A DNA stretch of 58,354 bases from an uncultured Erysipelotrichaceae bacterium (GCA_902779035.1 CACZAH010000005.1:1-58354), one strand, 5' to 3'; numbered from the stretch's first letter, positions 9,999 through 20,881 are shown. The notes: generated from the letters alone by a model not told the origin. Translations and numbers: made by a program.

Positions 9999-11315
9999 TT
10001 ATCTAGAAATCCCCCAGAATCCTGATTTATTTGAACCTACTCTATAAATATAATCTTCCTTTTTTAATTTTCTGATTATTTTTTCTACATAACTTTCACT
10101 AATATTAACTTCATCTACTAGCTCTGATATAGTAATTCTTGAATTGTTTTTCATTTTATCTAATACTTTTTTCTCATTATCATTTAATTCAGTATAATCA
10201 TTATTGCTATTATTATTCTCTAATAATTCTTTATTAATAGGAATAGTTACTATTATTGTATTATCACTGATGTAAAATGCATCTTTCCCATACTTACTTA
10301 TGATAAGTGGAATCCCATGCCCAGTTTGATCTATTAAATCTAAATTAGTAAATATATTTAAAAGCGCAGAGTTTACTGGTTTACTTACCCCTTTAAAGAA
10401 ATCATCTTTATTAAGTGCTTTAGGTAATCCACCATTAGATACAATCTCAATTCTATCATCATAGATATAAACTGCTGGAGGTATCTTTTCAGTCCATCTA
10501 GTATGTACACATGCATTTAACCATGCTTCTTTAAAGCATGCATAATCAAAATAACTTTCCTCAACTCTTTTTATACCACCTAATTTTACTTTTGTTTCAT
10601 TAATTACATTCATATATTCTAAAACATCATTGACAGCAGTAATCAAGCATTTATTTCCATATTCTGTTCTTTTAACCATAACTGATTTATCAACTCCAGC
10701 AAATGTGACAACCTTAATAGATATATCATTAATATCGGATAATAGTTCTGCCATATAGTTATATCTACCATCACTAGTTAATAATTTCATATTATGTTCA
10801 AATTCTTTTTCATTTATATTATAACCATTTATAACATACAAATTCTTCAATGTTTTAAAAGTTAAATCAGTTCTAATAGTAGCCTCATCAACAATTAAAT
10901 CAGGTTCTCCTTTAGAATTAATTAATTGATATAACATTTCTGGCGAAACCTTTTTATCTTCATCAAAAGATCTAATATAGTATTTATCAAATGCAGAATA
11001 TATATTAGCATTACCTTTAGCGCTTACCTTAATAATTGTTTTATCATTAACTAATTCCATACTTATAACCGGAATAACTTGTGGTTTAATCCCTTCTGAT
11101 ATTTTTCTTGAAATATCTCTTAAAGTACTTTCAGTAACATCTTTCTGACCGATAATTGTACCATCGTTTTTAACACCAAAATAAAGTGTTGCTTCTCCAT
11201 GCTTATTAAGCATAGAAGACAGTGATATTACACCAGCCGTTAATTCACTTGTACTTTTTTTAAATTCAACTACTTCGCTTTCCATTCCTAAACTATTATT
11301 GTTTGATTCTTTCAT
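9999..11315 (-). CDS. AlbA_2 (Schlafen-like) + HATPase_c_4 + winged HTH protein (often annotated RecG-like or transcriptional regulator)
   Basis: ESEVVEFKKS, LYFGVKNDG, EAWLNACVH, DDRIEIVSNGGL, C-terminal HTH and RVGSNKSGFW. Confidence 0.85.
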   Translation of the reverse strand: MKESNNNSLGMESEVVEFKKSTSELTAGVISLSSMLNKHGEATLYFGVKNDGTIIGQKDVTESTLRDISRKISEGIKPQVIPVISMELVNDKTIIKVSAKGNANIYSAFDKYYIRSFDEDKKVSPEMLYQLINSKGEPDLIVDEATIRTDLTFKTLKNLYVINGYNINEKEFEHNMKLLTSDGRYNYMAELLSDINDISIKVVTFAGVDKSVMVKRTEYGNKCLITAVNDVLEYMNVINETKVKLGGIKRVEESYFDYACFKEAWLNACVHTRWTEKIPPAVYIYDDRIEIVSNGGLPKALNKDDFFKGVSKPVNSALLNIFTNLDLIDQTGHGIPLIISKYGKDAFYISDNTIIVTIPINKELLENNNSNNDYTELNDNEKKVLDKMKNNSRITISELVDEVNISESYVEKIIRKLKKEDYIYRVGSNKSGFWGISR

Positions 11316-11366
11316 ATTATCCCTCTTTCAAAAAATATTATATCATTAATTATCCTAAAACGCAAT

Positions 11367-11402
11367 TTATCCCTTACTTTATTCCTTACTTTATTCCTTA
11401 CT
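11367..11402. repeat. Three tandem 12-bp direct repeats (TTATTCCTTACT) upstream of AlbA_2 gene
   Basis: ttatcccttact ttattccttact ttattccttact. Confidence 0.8.
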
Positions 11403-11435
11403 ATCAAAAAAGTAGAATCCTATATTCTACTTTAA

Positions 11436-11864
11436 TTACTTCATTTGACTATCATTTAGTATTGATGTTTTGCATTTCATTTCAAGTTGTTTTACATTAT
11501 CATAATAACATGTACTAATACCTTTTTCATCAACACATTCTGTTGCTTTTTCACAAAGTTTTGCCTCTTCAGTTACTTTAGGATCATTTAACATTTTAAA
11601 TACTACATTAAGTAATAGTGATATTAATATAGTAACAATACTTAAAATAAGAAATAAGATTGCTATACCTTTACCTTTATAATTCATTCTTTTTAATGTT
11701 GCTAATCCTATTATTGCGAATATAAATGAAACTAATGATAAACAAAGACTTAAAGTTGTAAATAACTTAATATCTTTCATTATAAATGATAATACTATAA
11801 CTGCAACTAAAGCAATTATTGAAATAAGTACAAACGGACTGAACTTTTTATTCATACACTTCAC
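11436..11864 (-). CDS. Hypothetical membrane protein (3 TM, Cys-containing C-terminus)
   Basis: Hydrophobic segments, KGKGIAI motif; RBS GGAGG. Confidence 0.6.
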   Translation of the reverse strand: MKCMNKKFSPFVLISIIALVAVIVLSFIMKDIKLFTTLSLCLSLVSFIFAIIGLATLKRMNYKGKGIAILFLILSIVTILISLLLNVVFKMLNDPKVTEEAKLCEKATECVDEKGISTCYYDNVKQLEMKCKTSILNDSQMK

Positions 11865-11889
11865 CTCCTAACTAAACTATATAATAGAA

Positions 11890-12627
11890 TTACTTAATTT
11901 CTTTTTTACTACTAATTATACTGCCTAATATATAAGATACAATAATATATACTATACATATAATAATTACTGTTATCCCTTTATTATTAGTAGCATTTAC
12001 TATCCAAAATTTAGATATTCCAATATTAGTTTTAAATTTTAATAATGTATCTATTGTAAACAATAGTGTTGGAGCTAAAAAGTTTGTTAAAATACATGCA
12101 ACAAGTGCTCCACTTGGTTTAGATACAATTGATGATATTAATGTATATAATGATGCAATGCCTAGTAAATTGATATAACTAATACCTATTTTACCAAGTA
12201 CATTACTATTTAGCATTACAATTTTACCACCTGCTATAAATGTAACAATATAAGCAAATATAAATGAAGCAATAAACATAATTGTTACACCAAACATAAT
12301 AGTAAAAAATTTAGATGCAAATACTTGTTTTCTAGAAAAACCTCTAGCTATTATATTTTTCATAGTACCATTAGATACATCTAATGTGTAGAATAAAGCA
12401 ATAAATATTGCAACAAATAAATCAAATGAACCTGGATTTAAGAAATCTATAAGTGTATCATTAGAATTAATATTAAGTGTCTTATGTGTTATAAAGTTAG
12501 CAGTTACTACATTTGCAATTATTCCAAGTGATGCAAATGCGATAAGAACAATTGTACAGATATAAAATGATTTTTGTTTAAATAAATTATGAATATTAAA
12601 CTTATTTAATCTATTCATTAGTATCAC
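11890..12627 (-). CDS. ABC-2 type transporter permease
   Basis: Multi-TM, NGTMKNIIARGFSRKQVFASK; coupled to the ATPase. Confidence 0.85.
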   Translation of the reverse strand: MILMNRLNKFNIHNLFKQKSFYICTIVLIAFASLGIIANVVTANFITHKTLNINSNDTLIDFLNPGSFDLFVAIFIALFYTLDVSNGTMKNIIARGFSRKQVFASKFFTIMFGVTIMFIASFIFAYIVTFIAGGKIVMLNSNVLGKIGISYINLLGIASLYTLISSIVSKPSGALVACILTNFLAPTLLFTIDTLLKFKTNIGISKFWIVNATNNKGITVIIICIVYIIVSYILGSIISSKKEIK

Positions 12628-13513
12628 CTATCTTTCTAATAAAGTACTCTTCTAAACTATCCACCTCAGTATATATTTCACTAACTAGTATTCCTTTTTT
12701 TACTAAGTATTTATTGATTAAAGCACTACTTTCTAAGTTAGAATATAATACTAATTTATCCTTAATACTATCTATTTTCTTTATATCAAACTCACTCTTA
12801 ATTAATTCTTTTGCTTTTTCATTATCATCAGTTTTAATAATTAATTTATTCTTACAATTATTAATTAATTCTTTAGCAGATACTTCTTCAAGCAATACTC
12901 CATTATTAATAATTCCATACTTAGTAACTACTTTAGCAAGCTCATCAAGTAAATGACTTGATATTAAAAATGTAATACCTAATTCTTTATTAAGTTTTAA
13001 AATAACATCTCTAATCTCTTTAATACCTGCTGGATCTAATCCATTAATTGGTTCATCAAGTACCAAGAAATCAGGATCTCCTAAAAGTGCGATTGCAATA
13101 CCAAGTCTTTGTCGCATTCCAAGTGAGAAATCTCTTGCTTTCTTCTTACCAGTTTTATCAAGATTAACAAATTTTAATATATCATTAATCTTAGACTCAT
13201 CTGCTCCATATAATATTGAAAATCTCTTTAAATTTTCATATGCTGTTGCATTCTTATAAAGTCCTGGTGCTTCTATTAAAGAACCTATTTTATTACCAAC
13301 TTCTTCAATTCTTTTACCACCAAATAGTTCTACTTCTCCTGAACTAATACTAGTTAAAGATAAAACTGTACGCATAAATGTAGTTTTACCTGCACCATTC
13401 TTACCAATAAATCCGTATATATCTCCCTTATTAATAGTCATTGAAACACCATCAACAACTTTTCTTCTTCCATATAATTTAGTAAGTTTATTTGTTTTTA
13501 AAACTGTCTCCAT
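12611..13513 (-). CDS. ABC transporter ATP-binding protein (BcrA/lantibiotic-immunity-like)
   Basis: Walker A GKNGAGKT, FSLGMRQRL, LVLDEPINGLD, SSH. Confidence 0.92.
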   Translation of the reverse strand: METVLKTNKLTKLYGRRKVVDGVSMTINKGDIYGFIGKNGAGKTTFMRTVLSLTSISSGEVELFGGKRIEEVGNKIGSLIEAPGLYKNATAYENLKRFSILYGADESKINDILKFVNLDKTGKKKARDFSLGMRQRLGIAIALLGDPDFLVLDEPINGLDPAGIKEIRDVILKLNKELGITFLISSHLLDELAKVVTKYGIINNGVLLEEVSAKELINNCKNKLIIKTDDNEKAKELIKSEFDIKKIDSIKDKLVLYSNLESSALINKYLVKKGILVSEIYTEVDSLEEYFIRKIGDTNE

Positions 13514-13522
13514 AATACCTCC

Positions 13523-13837
13523 TTACTTTAATTTAACAGCAGTACCATATACTATAATTTCTGATGCCCCTTGCATTACACCAGATGAACCATATCTAAC
13601 ACCAACTATAGCATCCGCACCTAAACTGTTAGCTTCCTCTATCATACGCGATGTTGCAACACTTCTTGCCTCAGCAATCATCTTAGTATAGCTTTTTACC
13701 TCTCCACCTACGATATTTTTCATACCAGCAAGAAAATCTTTACCAATATTTTTTGATTGAACCATTTCTCCTTTAACAATACCTAATGCCTCAATAATCT
13801 CTTTTCCTGCAACATTTTCTGTTGTAACTATTAACAT
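13523..13837 (-). CDS. YbjQ/UPF0145 family protein
   Basis: LIVTTENVAGKEI..LGIVKG, GGEVKSY, GADAIVGVRY, YGTAVK. Confidence 0.9.
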   Translation of the reverse strand: MLIVTTENVAGKEIIEALGIVKGEMVQSKNIGKDFLAGMKNIVGGEVKSYTKMIAEARSVATSRMIEEANSLGADAIVGVRYGSSGVMQGASEIIVYGTAVKLK

Positions 13838-13930
13838 AAAACTCACCTCTCGCAATTATTATATAAAATTATTTAAAAAATTACTAGACCTTTTTTAAAA
13901 ATAAAAGCTGGGAATAAATCTCAGCTATAC

Positions 13931-15946
13931 TTAATTTGAATCTTTATTATTACGCATATCTATTGTTGCTTCATTAACTGCATCATCAAATGTTTTAATT
14001 GCATCAACAATCATCGAATATCCACTTGCTGCACCAAATCCATGGTCTAGATTCTTAAATAGTTTTTGTAATTTTCTTAAATATGCTATAACAGTTTTCT
14101 CTGGATATCCAACTAAATAGATTAAGAATTCATTACCATCTGTTCTAATTATTTCAGTATTAGGTAATTGTGAAGTAATTAATATATTAGCAGCTTGTAA
14201 TATTATCTTATCTCCTTCTTCTCTACCATAATTATCATTTATATATGCAATATTATTTAAATCTACTACAATAATTGATTGTGGATATACTTCAGACTCA
14301 TCCCACTCTTCTACTTTACTATTTAAATATGCTCTATTCTTAAGTGATGTTAATTGATCAATATATTTTAACTTTTCTTCTTTAGTTAAAGTAGTCTTTT
14401 TAGAATTACGTATCTTTTTAATTATTAATCTAATCTTATTAATTATTGCAAGTATTAATAATACAAATATAATAATTATAATCATTAACATCAAATAGAA
14501 ATAATCAACTGTGTTATAAGATATACTATTATATCCATCTTCTACTACACTATTTATATTAATATAATTTATATAGAAATCAAATAGTGTTGCGAATGTT
14601 GAGTTAATATTAGAATTATTAATAATAAAGTTATAATCTATATCACTAACTATAGAGTCTACTTTATAATTTTTAAAATTACGAGTCTTATAATATTCAA
14701 AATCTTCTAGATTAATAACTACTACTTCATTTGATTTCATAGAAGTAATTAATTTATGCATAGACGAGTATGTATTATACTTTACACCATTTGCTTTAAG
14801 TATTCCAGCAATCTTACTGTTATTTACAGTAACTACCTTATAATTCTTTAAATCACTAACACTTTTTACATTAACATGACTATTATACGGAGACAATACT
14901 ACCATTTTACTATTAATAGCAGACTTAGTAATAAATGAATCTTTCTTAATATTTATATCATTATTATTAAGCATAATATCTACTTTACCATTTTCATAAT
15001 CAGTAACAAGCGCTTCTATAGTATCATACTCTTTATACTTAATCTCTACACCTGCAAAATTACTAAATGATTTTAATATTAAGTTATTAATACCAGTAAG
15101 CTTACCTTTTACAAGTTTATCGTAAATACCATCTTCTACAAATCCATAAACATAAGTTTTAGATTTAATATCAGTTTGTTTTAAAGTTGGTACACTCTTA
15201 AAATCATAATAATTAGTAAGTAAATGGTTACTATATGATTTATTAAAGTTGCTTTTTGACCATTTACTATAGTACTTAGTTAATACACTATTAAGGTTAG
15301 CATCTCCCTTTAAAGTGATTACATAATCTTTAGTTTCTGACAAAAATTCATATGATATAGCAAGCCCTTTACTAGATGCATACTTTGTAATATCACTCTT
15401 AAGTAGTATTAAAGCATCTATATTACTTGCACTATTAATCATTTCCGATGCACTCTTATATGTTGTAAATGTATTAGTATCATTAAAGTAATTAGTAAAT
15501 TTATTTATATCAGACTCTAATATACCTATATTACTATTAGAAACAACACTAGTACTATTTATTACTTTAGCACTATTAAATACCATTACATAATTGTCAC
15601 GATATACTAGGATATCATTAGCATCACTCTTATCTTTAATAGTAAATGAATAACTATTCAAATCAGTATCCCCAACTCTAAAAGCTGAAGGATTAAAACT
15701 TAAATTAGTACTCTTAGATACATAGTTTAGAAAATCAAATATAACACCATTACCGTTATAAGTAAAAGCTGGAACATCATTTAATACAGATATATCTATT
15801 ACATTAGTTTTATTATTATCTATCCATTGTTTTTCTGCAATTGTTAATGTATCTTTTTTATTATTTAATACATAAAACAAAAAAAACAAAGATAATATTA
15901 CTAATATAGTTGATATTAATATTATTATTTTATTTTTCTTTTTCAT
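13931..15946 (-). CDS. Membrane protein with two extracellular solute-binding-like domains and a degenerate GGDEF domain
   Basis: DQLTSLKNR, DLNNIAYINDNYG..GD, signature RTDGNEF in place of GGDEF. Confidence 0.8.
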   Translation of the reverse strand: MKKKNKIIILISTILVILSLFFLFYVLNNKKDTLTIAEKQWIDNNKTNVIDISVLNDVPAFTYNGNGVIFDFLNYVSKSTNLSFNPSAFRVGDTDLNSYSFTIKDKSDANDILVYRDNYVMVFNSAKVINSTSVVSNSNIGILESDINKFTNYFNDTNTFTTYKSASEMINSASNIDALILLKSDITKYASSKGLAISYEFLSETKDYVITLKGDANLNSVLTKYYSKWSKSNFNKSYSNHLLTNYYDFKSVPTLKQTDIKSKTYVYGFVEDGIYDKLVKGKLTGINNLILKSFSNFAGVEIKYKEYDTIEALVTDYENGKVDIMLNNNDINIKKDSFITKSAINSKMVVLSPYNSHVNVKSVSDLKNYKVVTVNNSKIAGILKANGVKYNTYSSMHKLITSMKSNEVVVINLEDFEYYKTRNFKNYKVDSIVSDIDYNFIINNSNINSTFATLFDFYINYININSVVEDGYNSISYNTVDYFYLMLMIIIIIFVLLILAIINKIRLIIKKIRNSKKTTLTKEEKLKYIDQLTSLKNRAYLNSKVEEWDESEVYPQSIIVVDLNNIAYINDNYGREEGDKIILQAANILITSQLPNTEIIRTDGNEFLIYLVGYPEKTVIAYLRKLQKLFKNLDHGFGAASGYSMIVDAIKTFDDAVNEATIDMRNNKDSN

Positions 15947-15957
15947 AAATCACCTTA

Positions 15958-16392
15958 CTACCAAGCAAATGAATCTTTTGAATTATGTCTTGTAACGTTT
16001 ATAGGATATACTTCACTATCCTTATTATCACTAGTTACGTATAATGAGAAATCATAATATTTTAACTCTTTTTTACTAAAATCTTTAAGTAATTCATTAG
16101 ACATATTTTTAACAGTTTCGATATCAACATCCTCACTTAAATTAATAATAATTTTCACACTACATAGCTTAGTATATATATCAATATCATTAACTTTATC
16201 AATAGTCTTTATTGTCTCTTTTGCTTTCTTTATAGTTTTAGATGATATTTCATAGTTGTCACTATCACTACAACGAGAACCGTAAACACTTTTATTACCA
16301 CTAATTACTTTAATAAAAACAAAAAGTAAAATAATTAAGATAATGATACTACCTATAATAACCATTTTTTTATTTTTCAAAAGATTTTTCAT
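15958..16392 (-). CDS. Hypothetical membrane-anchored protein
   Basis: N-terminal TM, YGSRC motif; within operon. Confidence 0.6.
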   Translation of the reverse strand: MKNLLKNKKMVIIGSIIILIILLFVFIKVISGNKSVYGSRCSDSDNYEISSKTIKKAKETIKTIDKVNDIDIYTKLCSVKIIINLSEDVDIETVKNMSNELLKDFSKKELKYYDFSLYVTSDNKDSEVYPINVTRHNSKDSFAW

Positions 16393-16404
16393 AATACACA
16401 CTTC

Positions 16405-16812
16405 CTATTTTGCTTGTTTACTCTCTAGTTTATTTAATACTTCCTTAGTTACATCAATTGCCTTAGAGCGAATAGACTCTGCAGTTTTTTCCATAACTGG
16501 AGTACCTTTTTCTTTTACATACTCAACTAAATCCTCTGCTTTATCACGAATCTTCTTACCTTGTTTTTTCGCAATCTCAATAGCAGTTTCTTTATCAAGA
16601 TTTTTAATTCCATCTTTAATCTCGTTAATTTTAGCAATCACTGCTTCTTTTACTTCTTCCTTATCTAGTTCTTTAGCCTTTTTAACTAAATCATCCATCT
16701 TATCTTTTAACATCTTTCTAGTTTCTTTCCCACTACGTGGTGCGAATAAAATACCTAACCCTGCTCCTATAGCAGCTCCTAATACAAATTTTCCTAATCC
16801 TTTTTTACTCAT
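16405..16812 (-). CDS. YtxH domain protein
   Basis: FVLGAAIGAGLGILFAPRSGKETR. Confidence 0.9.
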   Translation of the reverse strand: MSKKGLGKFVLGAAIGAGLGILFAPRSGKETRKMLKDKMDDLVKKAKELDKEEVKEAVIAKINEIKDGIKNLDKETAIEIAKKQGKKIRDKAEDLVEYVKEKGTPVMEKTAESIRSKAIDVTKEVLNKLESKQAK

Positions 16813-17092
16813 CTAAATCATTTCCTTTCCTTTTGTTAATAAACTTATTAATTAAATTTGTAATCAAAAGTATTACTTTATCACTTATTTGATCAACAAA
16901 TGAACCAGTTTTCTCAAATACATTAAATACACCATCAGTCTTAGTTAGTTTATCATCAATAACTTCTAGTGTTTTATCTACTTTAGATATTGTCTTGATT
17001 AATTTTATGCCTATTATAATAAATATTATTACAAGTACTAGTAACGCCAGTATTAAATCTATTATTAGAAATTCTTTAAAATCAAGCGTCAT
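16805..17092 (-). CDS. Small membrane protein, DUF948/YtxG-like
   Basis: TM followed by coiled coil, directly upstream of ytxH-like gene. Confidence 0.55.
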   Translation of the reverse strand: MTLDFKEFLIIDLILALLVLVIIFIIIGIKLIKTISKVDKTLEVIDDKLTKTDGVFNVFEKTGSFVDQISDKVILLITNLINKFINKRKGNDLDE

Positions 17093-18065
17093 AAGCATCA
17101 TCTCCATCATACATAGTATCAATTAAATTAAATAAATCATCATCATCATCAAAACTACTTGTATCTTTATTTTTAGTATCTTTACTATCTTTATTAAGTA
17201 AACTATCTAACTCTTTACCAATATCCATTGTAATATTTTCTAAATCTCTTAAATCAGTGTCAGATTTAGTTGGTGTTGCTTCTTCTTCTAAATCATCAAA
17301 GAAATCAGTATCAACTCTCTTACTCTTAGTTTTATTCTCATCTTTAAAAAGAATTGAATTACTACCAAATAATGTATTTTCTAACTCATCTTCTAGTGTA
17401 CCATAAGCCTTTTCCCTTATTGAATCAACACTAAGTCCATCAACTGATTTATAGTTTTTATCATTTTTACTAACAATATCTTCTTTATGATAATTCTTAT
17501 CTAAAATACCATATACAGGAGATATTATTGGAGTAGGCTTAAACTTTAAAGGTTTAGCCTCAATCTTAGTATTACCTTGATAAGGCTCTTTAACTCCACC
17601 ATTTTCTTCATTATACTTCTCTAAATACTCAGTCGCACTTTTAAGTGGATCATAATCTTTCTTCTTCGTTTCAGTTTTAACATCTACATTATTATAACCA
17701 TACTTTGTATCTCTTGTATTTTTTTCTTCTACTTCACGATATTTCTCTTGCAAATCAAATTTATCATTATTATTACTTCTAGTCTCTTTAACATCTCTTT
17801 TAGGTTCAGCTTTCTTAAAGTAATTATCTAAATCATTGAAATCATCATCAGTAAAGAATACTGGTTTTTTCTCTTCCTTCTTCTCTGGTATTTTAAAATC
17901 ATCAAAATCATCATACGACCTAGTCTCACGAGTAGGTCTTTCCCAAGTAACTTTCTCTTGCTTTTTATCAGGAATAATCTGTTCAATTTTCACTTCATCC
18001 TTTGGTTTTTCATCTTCTACTACTTCTTCTGTAAACATATTTTTTACTTTGTCTAAAAACTTCAT
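17082..18065 (-). CDS. Hypothetical acidic, low-complexity protein
   Basis: Long ORF with RBS; conserved-looking FKPTPIISPVYG motif. Confidence 0.6.
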   Translation of the reverse strand: MKFLDKVKNMFTEEVVEDEKPKDEVKIEQIIPDKKQEKVTWERPTRETRSYDDFDDFKIPEKKEEKKPVFFTDDDFNDLDNYFKKAEPKRDVKETRSNNNDKFDLQEKYREVEEKNTRDTKYGYNNVDVKTETKKKDYDPLKSATEYLEKYNEENGGVKEPYQGNTKIEAKPLKFKPTPIISPVYGILDKNYHKEDIVSKNDKNYKSVDGLSVDSIREKAYGTLEDELENTLFGSNSILFKDENKTKSKRVDTDFFDDLEEEATPTKSDTDLRDLENITMDIGKELDSLLNKDSKDTKNKDTSSFDDDDDLFNLIDTMYDGDDAYDA

Positions 18066-18067
18066 AA

Positions 18068-18670
18068 TCAATCTCCTTCTTTTTCTTTTTGTAAAACAAA
18101 CTTCTCTGTTTTATCATTTGTCTTAAACAGATCATATTTACCTGCTTTATTAATTAAATATTCATCATCTAACATTGTTTTTATTAATCCTTTGTTATAT
18201 TTAATAGTTGATAATATATAGGATGCATTAAGTATTGTATTACTCAAATTATCTTTTGTAACTAAGGCTTCTATACGAGCATAGTTATAATAAAAATTAA
18301 CATAGTATAAATCATCTTTCTTTATTACTTCTACATATCCAGTCTTATCATTTCTATTTATCTTTTTAGAAAAATAAGCATAATCATTCTTTTTATACTC
18401 TATCTTATTCTTATAGTAGTAACTTACTATATCTACATATAAGTATAAATACTCACCCTTATAATATAACGTATGTGACAGATCATCAGTATCAATATGA
18501 GTAACTCCATTAGGAATATAATACTTATAACCTTGTCCATCTTTATTATATAAAGTATTATTCTTAGATAAAACTACATCAACGATATTATCAAGACTGT
18601 TAGTATCAATTCTAACAACTGAACATCCAGTTAGTATTAAAGTTAAAAGCAATAATATACATTTCTTCAT
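18068..18670 (-). CDS. Hypothetical lipoprotein
   Basis: Lipobox LTGC. Confidence 0.7.
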   Translation of the reverse strand: MKKCILLLLTLILTGCSVVRIDTNSLDNIVDVVLSKNNTLYNKDGQGYKYYIPNGVTHIDTDDLSHTLYYKGEYLYLYVDIVSYYYKNKIEYKKNDYAYFSKKINRNDKTGYVEVIKKDDLYYVNFYYNYARIEALVTKDNLSNTILNASYILSTIKYNKGLIKTMLDDEYLINKAGKYDLFKTNDKTEKFVLQKEKEGD

Positions 18671-18764
18671 AAATTCAATACTCCCTTTCCTACATTATAT
18701 CAGAATTATTCACAATTCAAACATCTTTTTACATATTTACATTAATTTAGTGTAAAGGATATGT

Positions 18765-19406
18765 CTAGTACTTTGTTACATCTATCATATATATTGGATA
18801 ACCTAGATTAGAAAACCTTTTTTCATACTCTGTTTCTACATTGGAAATATCATCACTATGTAAATCAAGACTAATATTATTAATGATATATCCATAGTCA
18901 GTTAGAGTCTTAATAGAATACTCAAATAGCTTTCTATTATCTGTTTTAAATATAATATGCTTAGTACTTTTAAATAAACTATCATATTTTTTTAAAAAGT
19001 TACTAGATGTAAGGCGTCTTTTCTCATGTCTATCTTTAGGCCATGGATCAGAGAAATTTAAATATATAGTATCTATTTCTTTATCAAATACCTTATCTAT
19101 ATACTCGGCATCCATCTTAATTAATTTTAGATTTTGTAATTCTATTCCTATATCTAATCTATCTAGTTTCTCTACCGCTCTTACCATTACACTATCATAC
19201 TTCTCAATACCTATATAGTTAATATCAGGATTATTCCGAGCCATACCTATTATAAAGTCACCTTTCCCCATACCTATTTCTATACATAATTTATTATCAT
19301 TATTAAATATACTCTTATATTTTCCTTTATAATCTTCATAATTTTTAATTATATAATTTGATGCATCTATCTTAATACTTGCATCTTTAACGTTTCTAAG
19401 TCTCAT
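18765..19406 (-). CDS. trmB: tRNA (guanine-N7)-methyltransferase
   Basis: MRLRN, IEIGMGKG, LNFSDPWPKDRHEKRRLT, FKTDN, TEYEKRF. Confidence 0.95.
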   Translation of the reverse strand: MRLRNVKDASIKIDASNYIIKNYEDYKGKYKSIFNNDNKLCIEIGMGKGDFIIGMARNNPDINYIGIEKYDSVMVRAVEKLDRLDIGIELQNLKLIKMDAEYIDKVFDKEIDTIYLNFSDPWPKDRHEKRRLTSSNFLKKYDSLFKSTKHIIFKTDNRKLFEYSIKTLTDYGYIINNISLDLHSDDISNVETEYEKRFSNLGYPIYMIDVTKY

Positions 19407-19515
19407 ACTATCAAATCCTCAACAATTGATATTATAGCAAATATCTAAATACGTTTCAACTTAAATTTTAAACATTTCTAGTTATTCGCATATATTATTA
19501 TGAACGGAGGAGTTT

Positions 19516-19812
19516 ATGAAAGATAAAAGAAATTGTAATGATTTTTCTTATCCGGTATATCCAATGGCCGGAGTACCAAATATGGTAAATCCAGCATTCA
19601 CAGCACCTATGATGCCACAACCAATTCCATATTACAATTATAATCAAACAAATATGAATACAAGTGATATTAGTAGTATTGAAAGAAGATTAAATAGTTT
19701 AGAAAACAGAGTTAGTAATCTAGAAAAGAAAATTAACAATTCAAACAATACCCCAAATTATAATGCCGGAAACAATAATACTTATACAGATTCTAATTAT
19801 TACATGGTTTAA
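19516..19812 (+). CDS. Hypothetical Pro/Asn/Tyr-rich protein (possibly spore-associated)
   Basis: GGAGG RBS, IERRLNSLENRVSNLE coiled coil; upstream of sspI. Confidence 0.55.
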   Translation: MKDKRNCNDFSYPVYPMAGVPNMVNPAFTAPMMPQPIPYYNYNQTNMNTSDISSIERRLNSLENRVSNLEKKINNSNNTPNYNAGNNNTYTDSNYYMV

Positions 19813-19868
19813 ACCATGTTTTTTGTATATTATTCTAAATTGTGTACATAATTTATTAGGAGGCTAAC

Positions 19869-20072
19869 ATGAATATAGATATACGTAAAAGTATTAAAGA
19901 TAATTTTAAAGACAGTAGTAATAATGATATTATAGAATCTATCGAAAATGCAATTAGTGATTCAGATGAAATTACTCTACCGGGTATGGGAGTATTCTTT
20001 GAAATTCTATGGAATAATTCTAATGAAAATGAAAGAAATAGTATAATTGAAAAAATAAAGAAAGGTTTGTAG
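19869..20072 (+). CDS. sspI: Small acid-soluble spore protein SspI
   Basis: MNIDIRKSI..E.TLPGMGVFFEILW. Confidence 0.85.
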   Translation: MNIDIRKSIKDNFKDSSNNDIIESIENAISDSDEITLPGMGVFFEILWNNSNENERNSIIEKIKKGL

Positions 20073-20083
20073 CCTTCCTTTTA

Positions 20084-20881
20084 CTATAGATAATAATTAT
20101 TAACTTGTAATTTTATATTTGGCATAGTTTTTGCTTTTACCTTATTCATATATTTATGATTATTACCAAATAAATAATCTGTTTTATCTAACTTTAACTC
20201 ACTATCATCAATACCATATGCATCCTTAAATAGATTATAAAAACTATTAGCAATTTCAATTTCTCGTAAATCATTTTTACTTAGAGGTCTATATGTACTT
20301 ATCTTTTTTAATGCTTTTTGATACGTTTTTAAATCTGTCTCTTTATCATTTTTCCAATAATTATATAACATGTCTTGATCCCAATCCAAAGAATTAAAAA
20401 TATGTTTTGAATTATGTTTTAATGCATTATTAATTTCATTTATCTTTTTATTTAATATAGTAATTTCTTTTCCTTTTATAGAATCATTATTTAAACTATT
20501 ATATATATTAACTAGAATTTCATCAGTAATTACTGCATCAAATATCTTAATTACTCTTGTAGAACTCGCAAGGGAAGTTTCGGCAGATAAAAGAAATCCA
20601 TATTTATCATCAAAAAAGCCCCAAAAACATTCCAAACTAATACTCTTACTTTCTAATAATTTTTTTGTATAATGATAAATATTATATTTATTAATAAGAT
20701 TATAAATCGATAATTCAGATAAAGTATATCTTTCTAAATCAGTAATACTATTATTAATACATGGTAATCCTAAATTAATTAAAGATTCTAAATATTCATA
20801 TTTGTCATTATTTAATATAGTTTTATATTTACTTAATAGATCAAGCAAATATGTTCTAGTTTTAAAGTACTTATCAATCAT
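20084..20881 (-). CDS. Hypothetical protein
   Basis: Long ORF co-oriented with glyQS operon. Confidence 0.55.
   Translation of the reverse strand: MIDKYFKTRTYLLDLLSKYKTILNNDKYEYLESLINLGLPCINNSITDLERYTLSELSIYNLINKYNIYHYTKKLLESKSISLECFWGFFDDKYGFLLSAETSLASSTRVIKIFDAVITDEILVNIYNSLNNDSIKGKEITILNKKINEINNALKHNSKHIFNSLDWDQDMLYNYWKNDKETDLKTYQKALKKISTYRPLSKNDLREIEIANSFYNLFKDAYGIDDSELKLDKTDYLFGNNHKYMNKVKAKTMPNIKLQVNNYYL

Noticed and set aside
9815-10006. 63-aa ORF across the GC-rich palindrome; also considered as a tRNA
   Set aside because: No RBS and openness is explained by GC content; the arms lack D-loop, T-loop and anticodon geometry
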